NCBI GenBank assembly: GCA_022449765.1
Contig: JAKUPZ010000003.1
Location: forward strand, 10,675 to 74,674
Source: Dehalococcoidia bacterium
GTDB lineage: Bacteria > Chloroflexota > Dehalococcoidia > Lucifugimonadales > Australimonadaceae
DNA length: 64,000 nucleotides
Direction: 5' to 3'
Within the stretch, counting starts at the first letter, position 1, and each line of letters opens with the position of its first letter. Shown piece by piece: positions 1-11,360 of the stretch. The position numbers and the translations under genes are program-made. The notes beneath the pieces were generated by a model. That model saw nothing but the letters and a program-made list of their open reading frames with translations. It made no database searches and was not told the DNA's origin.

Positions 1-666
1 ATTGAAAATAGCCTTCAAGGGGCAGTAACAGATACGCTAGATGCTTTATTGCATCAAGAAGGCCTACATATACGAGGGGAATTAGCTTTAAAGATTGAAC
101 ATACCCTTATGGCAAAACCTGGTACAACGATTGCTCAAATTGAACGAATCTACTCTCATCCACAAGCCTTAGGCCAATGCCGAAAGTACCTTTCTGCATT
201 GGGAAATATTGAATTAGCTGCTGCACTTAGCACTGCTGGAGCTGTGAATGACGCGTTAAACTCTGATATACCAGCGGCTGCGATAGCTCCAATAAGAGCA
301 GCGGATCTCTACGGAGCTACAGTACTGAAAAAAGGAATCCAGGATGATAATAATAATTACACCCGCTTTGTGGTTCTGAGTAAAAATGACAGCCCTTCAA
401 CAGGCAATGACCTAACTTCCATTGCCATCTCTTTTTCAGAGGATCGTGCAGGTCAATTATTCTCAGTTTTAAAAGAATTTGCTGCACGTAACATCAATTT
501 GACGAAAATAGAATCGCGCCCTACAAGACTAGGGCTGGGAAAATATTATTTTCTTATGGACTTTGAGGGGCATCGGACGGATACAGAAATTATTAAGCTA
601 CTCAACATTATATCAACACAAGCTTCACTAATGAAAATCCTCGGATCCTATCCAAGGCGGCATTAG
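1..666 (+). CDS. pheA: prephenate dehydratase, C-terminal part (5' end lies upstream of the window)
   Basis: Frame 1 is open from nt 1 (IENSLQGAVTDTLDALL precedes the listed ORF at 49). PDT region is followed by an ACT regulatory domain with the NLTKIESRP motif. Stop TAG at 664-666. Confidence 0.85.
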   Translation: MENSLQGAVTDTLDALLHQEGLHIRGELALKIEHTLMAKPGTTIAQIERIYSHPQALGQCRKYLSALGNIELAAALSTAGAVNDALNSDIPAAAIAPIRAADLYGATVLKKGIQDDNNNYTRFVVLSKNDSPSTGNDLTSIAISFSEDRAGQLFSVLKEFAARNINLTKIESRPTRLGLGKYYFLMDFEGHRTDTEIIKLLNIISTQASLMKILGSYPRRH

Positions 667-1067
667 CCCCATTCTTGTTTTTTCTTACTCTCGCCTTTTC
701 CTTTACCTGATTTGTCCGATTGTTTTTTCGTCGACTTTCCCGTTAATCCAGAAAGGAAACTTGTAGCAAATCCAACAGCATTGCCTGCTGCTGCTGCAAA
801 AGAAAGCCCTTCTTCCAAAGGAGTCACTATACGATCTACAGCGACATCGGAAGCTCGTTCTACGTTGTTAACTACCCGCCCTACTGACTTTATAACACCA
901 AGTACGGCCCTAAAGATTAAGAATGCAAAGACAAAAAGAGCAAGCGCTACAAAAATCCCTACGATTAAATAGGCGCTAATCAAAATATCCGGAACATTAT
1001 TCAAAAAGTCTTCCATTGTTTCTCCATCAAGCATATCTAGGCTAGCATTCATTTCAAAATGCTTCAA
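663..1067 (-). CDS. hypothetical small membrane protein (one TM helix, Lys-rich C-terminal tail)
   Basis: ORF lies 25 nt downstream of the 1432-aa membrane protein gene. Hydrophobic stretch ILISAYLIVGIFVALALFVFAFLIF; tail KSTKKQSDKSGKGKGESKKKQEWG. Listed start is TTG (1067); in-frame ATGs at 1052, 1034 and 1016; no clear SD. The 3' end overlaps the pheA stop by 4 nt (convergent). Confidence 0.45.
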   Translation of the reverse strand: MKHFEMNASLDMLDGETMEDFLNNVPDILISAYLIVGIFVALALFVFAFLIFRAVLGVIKSVGRVVNNVERASDVAVDRIVTPLEEGLSFAAAAGNAVGFATSFLSGLTGKSTKKQSDKSGKGKGESKKKQEWG

Positions 1068-1092
1068 TCTTACGTTGAGTGAGACATAGCTG

Positions 1093-4000
1093 TTATTTCG
1101 CTAAAAATTCGTAAATTGTAACTCCTGGGTTTTGGTAAATCACTTGTAACTGGAGTCCCTCCATCTTGCTAAATTTACCTATTCCTTCTGAATCAAAGTA
1201 AACTCGTTCCGTAGGTCCAATGTATATGTACTGAACCTCATATTTTCTCAATAATTTTTCAACTAATTCCAAATCCTCAGATTCATAGATTGTATATACA
1301 TCCTGCTGCCTTTGCGTCACGAATTCAGGCTCTCTACCACCAGCCCCTCTCTGTTGAATCTGATGCCAATTCCATCCAAGGACCGAAGGTAATCCAGTGT
1401 ATTTTGCAACCCGTGGGTACCATCTATATGCATGTTCAGTGACTCCTTCAAGAAATATGGGAGATCCTTTAATTTCCGATCTAATAAATTCAATAGCGGC
1501 CGCATCTTCTCTAAACCCATAAGGAGTATCATCTATTTCGCTAGAAGTAGGGCCAGGGTCAGTGTAAATCGAGCTATCTTGATAGGCTCGGCCGTTTAAG
1601 GACCATTCCTTGCCAGCATCAAACCTGTCTTTTACACGAGCGTAAGTTCCCATAATTGGGAAAATTCCAGAACTAATTATCGCTAATGCTAAGACAGTAA
1701 GCCAAATACTTTTATATGCAAGGACATTTCGGGTCCCTTCGAAATTTAACACTCCCTTTGCCCACATTACCCACAGGCCAAGACTGCCTGCAATTCCCCA
1801 AAAAATCCAAGCATTGAGGTAGAACTTGAATACGGTATTCATTCGATCGATATCATTTTCCGCCGTAACAAAGTCTACACCGACTCCAATGCCCAAGCTT
1901 AGTAACAGCAATGTAATCAAAAATATAGAAAACGGCATTTCAGGGTTAGATTTTTCTTTTAGCCATGAAAAACCAATAGCGATTATTGGTAGCAATAAAA
2001 TAGATAGGAGTGCAGCATTTAACCATTCTTGGTATGGGCTGAAATTGAGAATAAGTATTCCTGTTACTACGAGAAGCGCACTAGTAAAATATCTTTTTCG
2101 CTTGAAATGAAACCGTTGGTAAAACTGCTGGCTAACCCATGAAATCGCAGTCAATACTAGCAGCGCATGAATCCCCCAATATTGCCAAACTTCGGTCCTC
2201 CATTGGCTCATCCTGAATCCTGAGAATGCAGAATCATAGGATAGATGGAACGGAAACCACAAAAGGTATGCAATGCCTGCAAATGCTACGCAGGCAGCGA
2301 AGCATTTGGCCAAAACCATTAGCAAATTAGGCTCTCTCCCTCTTAAATAAAACAGGAAAATTATCGTGCCAATACTAATCAGTCCGTACGCCGGAACATC
2401 CCATGTATTAATTGCAGCAAGGCTCCCTACTACCAAAGCAAGTACACTTACAGGAAGCAGTAATCGCGACAATAGAGCGTCTTTATATCCAGAGAGAATA
2501 AGGTTCAAAACTAAACCTATAATTAAAAGTTGTACAGGAATAGCGATAAGGTGTGCGTGAAGATCTGCAAACAAAAACGTCCAAAAAGGAAACTCTGTGA
2601 TTGCTATTTCCCCTGGCATCATTCTGCTGCTGCGCCAATAATCAAAGGATCCAAAAGCTTCATTTTGCAGCACTCTTAGAAAGCCCTGCCCTACTTGAAC
2701 AATCCCGTCAATATTTCCAAGCACCATTACAAAAAATGCCACCAACAGTCCGGCAAGGTACGCTGACGAATGTCTCACTTTCAAATTGGCTTTTCGCCTC
2801 ATAGATTGAGCGAAGTTGTACCCTATGCTGAAAGCACTTGAAAACGCGATTGCAAAGAATGTAGGAATAGCTAAGTTGTAGGCTATCTCAGGGATTATTC
2901 CCGTTAATCGAATTATGGACGCCACTATGACAAACCCAAAGTAATAATAATTAATGAATCCGCCCGAAAACCATGGGTCATACGGAGGAAATACCGTGGA
3001 CTTCACAACTGCAAGTAAATACGTAAAATCCATCGGCTTCTCCCCACCTCTCCATGGGTGCCAAAGCTCTGGGTTTGCAGCTCGTATAAGCACAAATGTG
3101 GAATATGCCAAAAGAAACAGTATTTCTACCTTCAGCAAATATCGCCAATTCCGACGAGCTAACTTCAGTAATTGAGGATTCCGATACAAAATCCCCGTTG
3201 ATACGAACGTTATTATTAATACACATATTAGAATGCTAGCGCGAGAAAACTCCCATATTCCTGTACTAGCACCCCACCAAACCAACCAAGACACCAGTAA
3301 AAGACCTAATGGCCGAGCCAGTACAAACCCTCTGTCTGGTAACCATCTCATGACCTTTAGGGCAATAGGAATCGTGATCACATATATTAATTCAATAGCA
3401 AGTAGCCATATTAGCCATGGCGCGAGTTTGTTTAACCCATCATCCGAGAAAATATTTAACCACGTGCCACCTTCGTATTGGATTTTTGCAACATCAGCGG
3501 ACATTAATGCACGCTCTGGTGAACTTGGCGCATTCGTTAAAAGAATCGTACGCAATTTTTCAACGTTAAACCTAGATTTGTTTTGCCAAATAAGAACTAA
3601 CGGGCGATCATAATTGACTACATTCTCATCCGCGTAACCAAGATTGATGTTATAGAAAGAGTCCTCTATCCCTGGAATCAATTCTGGTCGAGTCACTCCA
3701 GCTCTGGTAAAAGGATCATGCGATAAAGTAATGCCTAGGAACGAAGGATTACGTGAAAATCCATGCACTAATTCATACCCTAATTCTCCTGAAAATAGTG
3801 CATGGTAATAGGCACTACTATAAGGATACCTGTCAGGCAATCGTGCAATACTTCCCCAAGGGCGATTACTATAAGACATAATGTAATCTGCATCAGACAA
3901 AAGATTTGTAATTTCGGTTACTTTACGTAAAGAATCTTGTTCATACATTGGTAGCTGAACTACTGAAAACTTTCCTAGATTTGGAAACCCTTCATCCCAG

Positions 4001-5391
4001 TGATTATCCGTAATTAAAAAGTCTCCAGAACGCGCATTAGCATTTATCCATTCTGAGGCTTGAATACCAGGGTGGCTTTGTTTATAGATACCGACGAAAG
4101 AGATCGCATAAAAGAACGTCAGAAGCAAAACTAAAGCTCCCGTTACCCACACTAAATAGGCGCCAAAGTGAGACTTCTTTCTAATCTGATAATAGAGCTG
4201 CACATACCAATAGCTGCCGAATAAAACCATCACTGGTAATACAGGAATTACATATCGTAGAAATTTAACTTCAAAAAAGGGAATGACGCCTACCAGCAAA
4301 AACAATACCCACGAGAGCAACAGCCAATTCTTGTAGGCTGGTTTTTTAAGTGCATGAACTGTAGTTGCAACCAATCCCCCCCAGGCAAGTAATCCGAGAG
4401 GTATACCTAATGCCCAAACGATTGTTTGTTGAAGTTCATACAATCCTGTACGAGTAGTCCCAACGTATTGCAAAGTATAAGGAACCAACCCTGCGGTACG
4501 TGCAATCCCTGTTTCCCATCCCAAATCTCCAAAGTACTTATGGAAATCAAGGAGAGCGTACGGCTGCAAAATTAAAAAAACAAAAAGGCTTGAAATGAAC
4601 GCCAATAATACCGGAGTAAAATTTTGGCGGAGCGCTACCACCCATAGCCCCTTATCTTGATAATTCTTCCATATTAAATACACATAAGTCAGCCCAAGAG
4701 GGGCAAGTATTGGAGCGCTGCTACCTCTAAATGCAAAAGTAACACCTATCACTAGACCTAACGCAATGTGATCAACGAGTCGCCGCTTCTCAACAACGTT
4801 TAACATCCACCAAAACGCCATTATCGCAAGGAGCATCACAAAAGACTCTGGCCTATAGAAATGACTCACCTGAATATTAATTACCATCAGCCCCATCAAT
4901 GCTGCGGCAAATAACCCTGTAGCGACCCCAAATAGTCTGCGCCCGAGAAAGAAAAGAAACGCGACAGAAATAGTATCTACTAATGCAGCAATAATACGGC
5001 CTGCCGTCGCCAAATCCTGAAGTCTGATCTCTTCCATAAAGAAATCTAACCCAAAGCGAACGGCCACTAAAAGGTAGATTATTATTGACCCCAATGGAAA
5101 CCAATGAGGATTTAAAGGGCTTGCATCTTTATCAAAAAATACGCTCACCCCAGGTAAACCAGGGGCATCCTTCGGGAAGTCTCTATTTTGGCAAGATTGC
5201 CACCCTGGTTGCTCAGTCAAAGTTAAATGCATGCACTCAGCCCGCATATATATCGAGCGCTCGTCAGGATGGTAAAAATTTCCTCCATCCCAATCAAGTC
5301 CTTGCATACGCAAAGCAAGAGAAAGAAGCAAAATTAAACCCAAGATTATTTGGGTTTTCCTCTGCTTTATTAGGGCGCGGGAATTATTCAA
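1093..5391 (-). CDS. very large polytopic membrane protein with Chlor_Arch_YYY / DUF2298 domain and GT-C-like N-terminal module
   Basis: 4.3-kb ORF with many hydrophobic segments. Motif GGFINYYYFGF (YYY codons at 2941-2949) is the hallmark I recall for TIGR03662/DUF2298. The N-terminal loop motif FYHPDERS resembles the acidic first-loop motif of ArnT/PMT-type glycosyltransferases. Listed start is TTG 5391 and is uncertain. Confidence 0.75.
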   Translation of the reverse strand: MNNSRALIKQRKTQIILGLILLLSLALRMQGLDWDGGNFYHPDERSIYMRAECMHLTLTEQPGWQSCQNRDFPKDAPGLPGVSVFFDKDASPLNPHWFPLGSIIIYLLVAVRFGLDFFMEEIRLQDLATAGRIIAALVDTISVAFLFFLGRRLFGVATGLFAAALMGLMVINIQVSHFYRPESFVMLLAIMAFWWMLNVVEKRRLVDHIALGLVIGVTFAFRGSSAPILAPLGLTYVYLIWKNYQDKGLWVVALRQNFTPVLLAFISSLFVFLILQPYALLDFHKYFGDLGWETGIARTAGLVPYTLQYVGTTRTGLYELQQTIVWALGIPLGLLAWGGLVATTVHALKKPAYKNWLLLSWVLFLLVGVIPFFEVKFLRYVIPVLPVMVLFGSYWYVQLYYQIRKKSHFGAYLVWVTGALVLLLTFFYAISFVGIYKQSHPGIQASEWINANARSGDFLITDNHWDEGFPNLGKFSVVQLPMYEQDSLRKVTEITNLLSDADYIMSYSNRPWGSIARLPDRYPYSSAYYHALFSGELGYELVHGFSRNPSFLGITLSHDPFTRAGVTRPELIPGIEDSFYNINLGYADENVVNYDRPLVLIWQNKSRFNVEKLRTILLTNAPSSPERALMSADVAKIQYEGGTWLNIFSDDGLNKLAPWLIWLLAIELIYVITIPIALKVMRWLPDRGFVLARPLGLLLVSWLVWWGASTGIWEFSRASILICVLIITFVSTGILYRNPQLLKLARRNWRYLLKVEILFLLAYSTFVLIRAANPELWHPWRGGEKPMDFTYLLAVVKSTVFPPYDPWFSGGFINYYYFGFVIVASIIRLTGIIPEIAYNLAIPTFFAIAFSSAFSIGYNFAQSMRRKANLKVRHSSAYLAGLLVAFFVMVLGNIDGIVQVGQGFLRVLQNEAFGSFDYWRSSRMMPGEIAITEFPFWTFLFADLHAHLIAIPVQLLIIGLVLNLILSGYKDALLSRLLLPVSVLALVVGSLAAINTWDVPAYGLISIGTIIFLFYLRGREPNLLMVLAKCFAACVAFAGIAYLLWFPFHLSYDSAFSGFRMSQWRTEVWQYWGIHALLVLTAISWVSQQFYQRFHFKRKRYFTSALLVVTGILILNFSPYQEWLNAALLSILLLPIIAIGFSWLKEKSNPEMPFSIFLITLLLLSLGIGVGVDFVTAENDIDRMNTVFKFYLNAWIFWGIAGSLGLWVMWAKGVLNFEGTRNVLAYKSIWLTVLALAIISSGIFPIMGTYARVKDRFDAGKEWSLNGRAYQDSSIYTDPGPTSSEIDDTPYGFREDAAAIEFIRSEIKGSPIFLEGVTEHAYRWYPRVAKYTGLPSVLGWNWHQIQQRGAGGREPEFVTQRQQDVYTIYESEDLELVEKLLRKYEVQYIYIGPTERVYFDSEGIGKFSKMEGLQLQVIYQNPGVTIYEFLAK

Positions 5392-5403
5392 AACGAAACC
5401 TAC

Positions 5404-5445
5404 GCATAAAAATAAATACCCGGAGATCCAGGTTACTAGTCTCCG
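5404..5445 (-). terminator. possible weak intrinsic terminator after gap
   Basis: Minus-strand RNA: CGGAGA (5445-5440), 13-nt loop, UCUCCG (5426-5421), then GGUAUUUAUUUUUAUG. The stem is short and the loop long, so it is only moderately convincing. Confidence 0.35.
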
Positions 5446-5459
5446 CTATATCTATTTAT

Positions 5460-6527
<1,068 letters not shown>

Positions 6528-6549
6528 CTAAGCATTGGACAAGAGATCC

Positions 6550-7827
<1,278 letters not shown>

Positions 7828-7853
7828 TCAATCACCATCACTATTTAAAATAT

Positions 7854-8375
7854 TCAATTACTGCGAGCTAAGGCCGCATCAATAGCTTTATTGACTGCTT
7901 CTGAAGGAGAGCTGGCTATTTGCAGTCCTATCGGCAAATCCGAACGCTCTGGCAACTTCCAAGTTTCTAGCCCGATCACGGGGATCCCGTCCCCAAGGGC
8001 GTGACCTATCTCTGAAAGTGTTCCATACGCTCCGTCAATAGCAATTACAGCACGACCAGTTTTTACAACTATTATGTTCCGCGCGTATCCCATGCCTGTC
8101 ATGATGGGAAAATCAATAAATTCATTCGACAAATTTGGATCGTTGCCAGGCAATATCCCAATCGTGATCCCACCTTCGGACTTAGCTCCTCGACATACCG
8201 CTTCCATTACGCCTCGTAATCCTCCACAAACAACAGCTACACCTTTTTTGGCAAGTAATTGACCGACCGAATAGGCCATATCAATTGCATGCTTAGGAGG
8301 ATCTGCGCCACCAATCACCGAAATTATTAGAGTTCTAGGCTTTAAGGCTTCAATATTCAAAGCATCGTCTACCAT
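7854..8375 (-). CDS. TIGR00725-type LOG/SLOG-superfamily Rossmann protein
   Basis: Motifs VVCGGLRGVMEAVCRGA and IAIDGAYGTLSEIG (GGxxGxMxA / GxxGTxxE pattern of LOG-like proteins). Its ATG 8375 overlaps the nuoN stop (TAATG). Confidence 0.75.
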   Translation of the reverse strand: MVDDALNIEALKPRTLIISVIGGADPPKHAIDMAYSVGQLLAKKGVAVVCGGLRGVMEAVCRGAKSEGGITIGILPGNDPNLSNEFIDFPIMTGMGYARNIIVVKTGRAVIAIDGAYGTLSEIGHALGDGIPVIGLETWKLPERSDLPIGLQIASSPSEAVNKAIDAALARSN

Positions 8376-9844
8376 TAGCCCAAAAATGGACCTAAAGCAT
8401 TTGTGGCACTATCTATGGCAGTCATCAAAGGAAGTGGGTATATACCGATAAGAACCATACCAATAAAGAGCAGCCAGATCGGGATTGAAGCCACAATACT
8501 AGGAGAAACTCTCACGCTATTGACCGCCTCATAGACGTACATTTGCTTAATTATTCTGATGTAATAGTAAAGAGAAATTAAGCTATTAACTACAGCAACT
8601 ACCATTAACCATGTCAGGCCTGCTTGAACTGCAGACGTGAACAATAAAAATTTCGTGACGAACCCTGCGTAAATAGGAAGCCCGGCAAGTGAAAAAAGCG
8701 ACGAGGCCATTACCATCGCCATGAAAGGCGAACGTGATGCCAATCCACTAAATCCCTCAATGCTTTCATCTCCTTGCCCTACTTCAATTGCCATAATTAC
8801 AGAAAATGCTGCAAGGTTGGTAAAGGCATAGCCACACATGTGCAAGATAACAGCATTCACACCATTTTCATTAAGTGAAATTAACCCAACGAGAATAAAT
8901 CCAACTTGAGCGATGCTGCTGTATGCAAAAAGCCGTTTTATATTTTGCTGTACCAATGCTGTCAAAGTCCCAATAGTCATTGTGCCAGCAGCAAGTATGG
9001 CAAGTGGGAGTTGCCAATCATCCATGCTTCGATAACCCGCTTCCGCAAGAAAACGAATTAACAAAGCAATAACCGCAGCCTTAGACAGCACCGCTATAAA
9101 AGCGGTAATCGGAGTAGGTGCACCTTCATAAACATCGGGGGCCCACAAATGAAAAGGAACTAAGGACAGCTTGAAACCTATGCCTGCAAAGAATAATGCC
9201 AATCCTAAAATCACTGTCATTGATGGGTCGTTACCAGAGCCTCCCAAGAGAGCGCTCATTACGCTTTCCATGTACCTGAACGTTGTTTCGCCAATTGCAC
9301 CGAAAAGAATAGCAATACCTAAAAGCATCAATGCAGAAGAGAGCGATCCAAGAAGGATATATTTAACTGCCGCTTCTGCAGAACGACCATCTCCTCTACT
9401 TATTGCAACAAGTACGTAGAGGCAAAAAGCCATTACTTCTATGGAAATATAAGCCGTTAGCAATTCACCAGAAGAAGCGACTAAATCGGCCCCTAGTACT
9501 GCAAAAATTATCAGCGCATAGAATTCCCCAGGGTTTCTAATTTTACGATATACATAATCAATCGAAATTAATGTAACTGCAGCGCCAATTCCCATTGCCA
9601 AAATTTTGAAAATTAAGGAAAACCCATCAACAAAAATTAATTGTTCGTATAAATGCTCAGGATCTACTGAACGATTCGCAAAACTGTATATTGCAATAAA
9701 AATAAGCCCAATGGAGGCCAGCAGAGCCAATGTCAGGTTGTGCGCTCTCCGAGAACGCCAAGGAATTGAAAAATCGGCAATAAGTACTACAAATCCTAAA
9801 CCGGCAATCAAAAATTCTGTTATTAAAAGTCCAAAATTAGGCAT
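8375..9844 (-). CDS. nuoN: NADH-quinone oxidoreductase subunit N
   Basis: 489-aa polytopic antiporter-like subunit, last gene of the nuo array; position and composition are typical. Confidence 0.85.
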   Translation of the reverse strand: MPNFGLLITEFLIAGLGFVVLIADFSIPWRSRRAHNLTLALLASIGLIFIAIYSFANRSVDPEHLYEQLIFVDGFSLIFKILAMGIGAAVTLISIDYVYRKIRNPGEFYALIIFAVLGADLVASSGELLTAYISIEVMAFCLYVLVAISRGDGRSAEAAVKYILLGSLSSALMLLGIAILFGAIGETTFRYMESVMSALLGGSGNDPSMTVILGLALFFAGIGFKLSLVPFHLWAPDVYEGAPTPITAFIAVLSKAAVIALLIRFLAEAGYRSMDDWQLPLAILAAGTMTIGTLTALVQQNIKRLFAYSSIAQVGFILVGLISLNENGVNAVILHMCGYAFTNLAAFSVIMAIEVGQGDESIEGFSGLASRSPFMAMVMASSLFSLAGLPIYAGFVTKFLLFTSAVQAGLTWLMVVAVVNSLISLYYYIRIIKQMYVYEAVNSVRVSPSIVASIPIWLLFIGMVLIGIYPLPLMTAIDSATNALGPFLG

Positions 9845-9846
9845 TA

Positions 9847-11355
9847 TTAGGACATCCCTCTCAATATCACATCTACACTAGGCCTAATAACATCTAAAAA
9901 CGGAGCCGGGAAAATTCCAACGACAACTATCGGGGTAAGTAAAAAGGCTCCAACCCCAAATTCTTTAGGCGATAAGTCTTTTAAACTTTCCCACTTAGGG
10001 TCAATAGGACCAAAGAATACCCTCCCTATAAGCCTCAATATGTACGTTGCGGTGATTGCTGCACCAATAATCCCCAGGACCCCAAGTATAGGTTCCGTCC
10101 GAAACGTCCCAATGAAAACCAATAGCTCTGAAACAAATCCACTCAATCCCGGTAGACCCAGTGAAGCTAACCCTGCCACAATAAAAAACCCTGAAGCCCA
10201 ACCCATTCTTGCAGACAGCCCATTTAACACTAGGGTATCGCGGGTATGAGTTCGTTCATAAATAGCTCCAACAATTGCAAAAAATAGAGCGGTCATAACT
10301 CCATGAGAAAACATCTGTAGTGATGCTCCTGTCAGGCCAATTATGTCAACCGTACCTATCCCCATAAGAACATACCCCATATGGCTCACACTGGAATATC
10401 CGATTACATATTTTAAGTCTGTCTGTGAAAGAGCAGAAACTGCGCCATAGACAACGTTAATTGTCCCGAGTATTAACAACGCCAAAGACCATGTCTCAAA
10501 TCCTTCAGGCAAAAGCGTCATCCCGACACGGATAATCCCAAATGCTCCTAATTTCATTAATACGCCTGCATGCAACATGCTTACGGACGTAGGTGCAGCG
10601 ACGTGTCCATCAGGAGACCAAGTATGAAAAGGCCATAAGCCAGCAAGTAAACCAAACCCAATCATCATCAAAGGAAATACTATATTCTGAAAATCTTTTG
10701 AAAGAGGTGCATCGGATGATTGTATTAACTCTCGCAACTCAAGCATATTAAAGGTGAGAGAACCAGTCTGAACATAAATCGTAATAACCCCTATCCAAAC
10801 TAAAACACTTGCCGCCACAATCATCAAAACTAATTTAAGTGCCGAGTATTCTTTGGTCCTAGAAAAGTTTTTGAATTTAGAACTTGATCCCCAAACCGCT
10901 ATCAGCAAATACATTGGCACAATTGCCAATTCGTAAAAGAAGAAGAAAAAGAACAGATCAATAGAAACGAAAGTACCGTAAACACCCGCAATCAACGCAA
11001 AGAGCAGTATGTAGTAATTTTTCGGTTGTTTTACAACATTGGTTGCGACCACAAGCCCAGTAACACTTACAATACCAGTTAGTAACACCATGAGTGCTGC
11101 AATTCCATCAACACCTAAACTAAAACCTATGCCAACACTCTCCAACCACTCGTATTCTTTTACAAATTGGAAGTCGTCGGCACTAGAGTTCTGATCAAAT
11201 CCGATAAACACATATGCAGAAGCGAACATTAATAGCGCTCCAGCACTAATAGAAACCCATCGTATTGCCATAACCCACGCTGCAGGAGTAACCATTAACA
11301 GGGCCGCAGTTAAGGCTGGTAGGAAAATTAGTATTTCAAGAATATAACGATCCAT
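9847..11355 (-). CDS. nuoM: NADH-quinone oxidoreductase subunit M
   Basis: 502-aa antiporter-like subunit between nuoL and nuoN, with WSPDGHVAAPT and LHAGVLMKLG motifs. Confidence 0.88.
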   Translation of the reverse strand: MDRYILEILIFLPALTAALLMVTPAAWVMAIRWVSISAGALLMFASAYVFIGFDQNSSADDFQFVKEYEWLESVGIGFSLGVDGIAALMVLLTGIVSVTGLVVATNVVKQPKNYYILLFALIAGVYGTFVSIDLFFFFFFYELAIVPMYLLIAVWGSSSKFKNFSRTKEYSALKLVLMIVAASVLVWIGVITIYVQTGSLTFNMLELRELIQSSDAPLSKDFQNIVFPLMMIGFGLLAGLWPFHTWSPDGHVAAPTSVSMLHAGVLMKLGAFGIIRVGMTLLPEGFETWSLALLILGTINVVYGAVSALSQTDLKYVIGYSSVSHMGYVLMGIGTVDIIGLTGASLQMFSHGVMTALFFAIVGAIYERTHTRDTLVLNGLSARMGWASGFFIVAGLASLGLPGLSGFVSELLVFIGTFRTEPILGVLGIIGAAITATYILRLIGRVFFGPIDPKWESLKDLSPKEFGVGAFLLTPIVVVGIFPAPFLDVIRPSVDVILRGMS

Positions 11356-11360
11356 GAATA

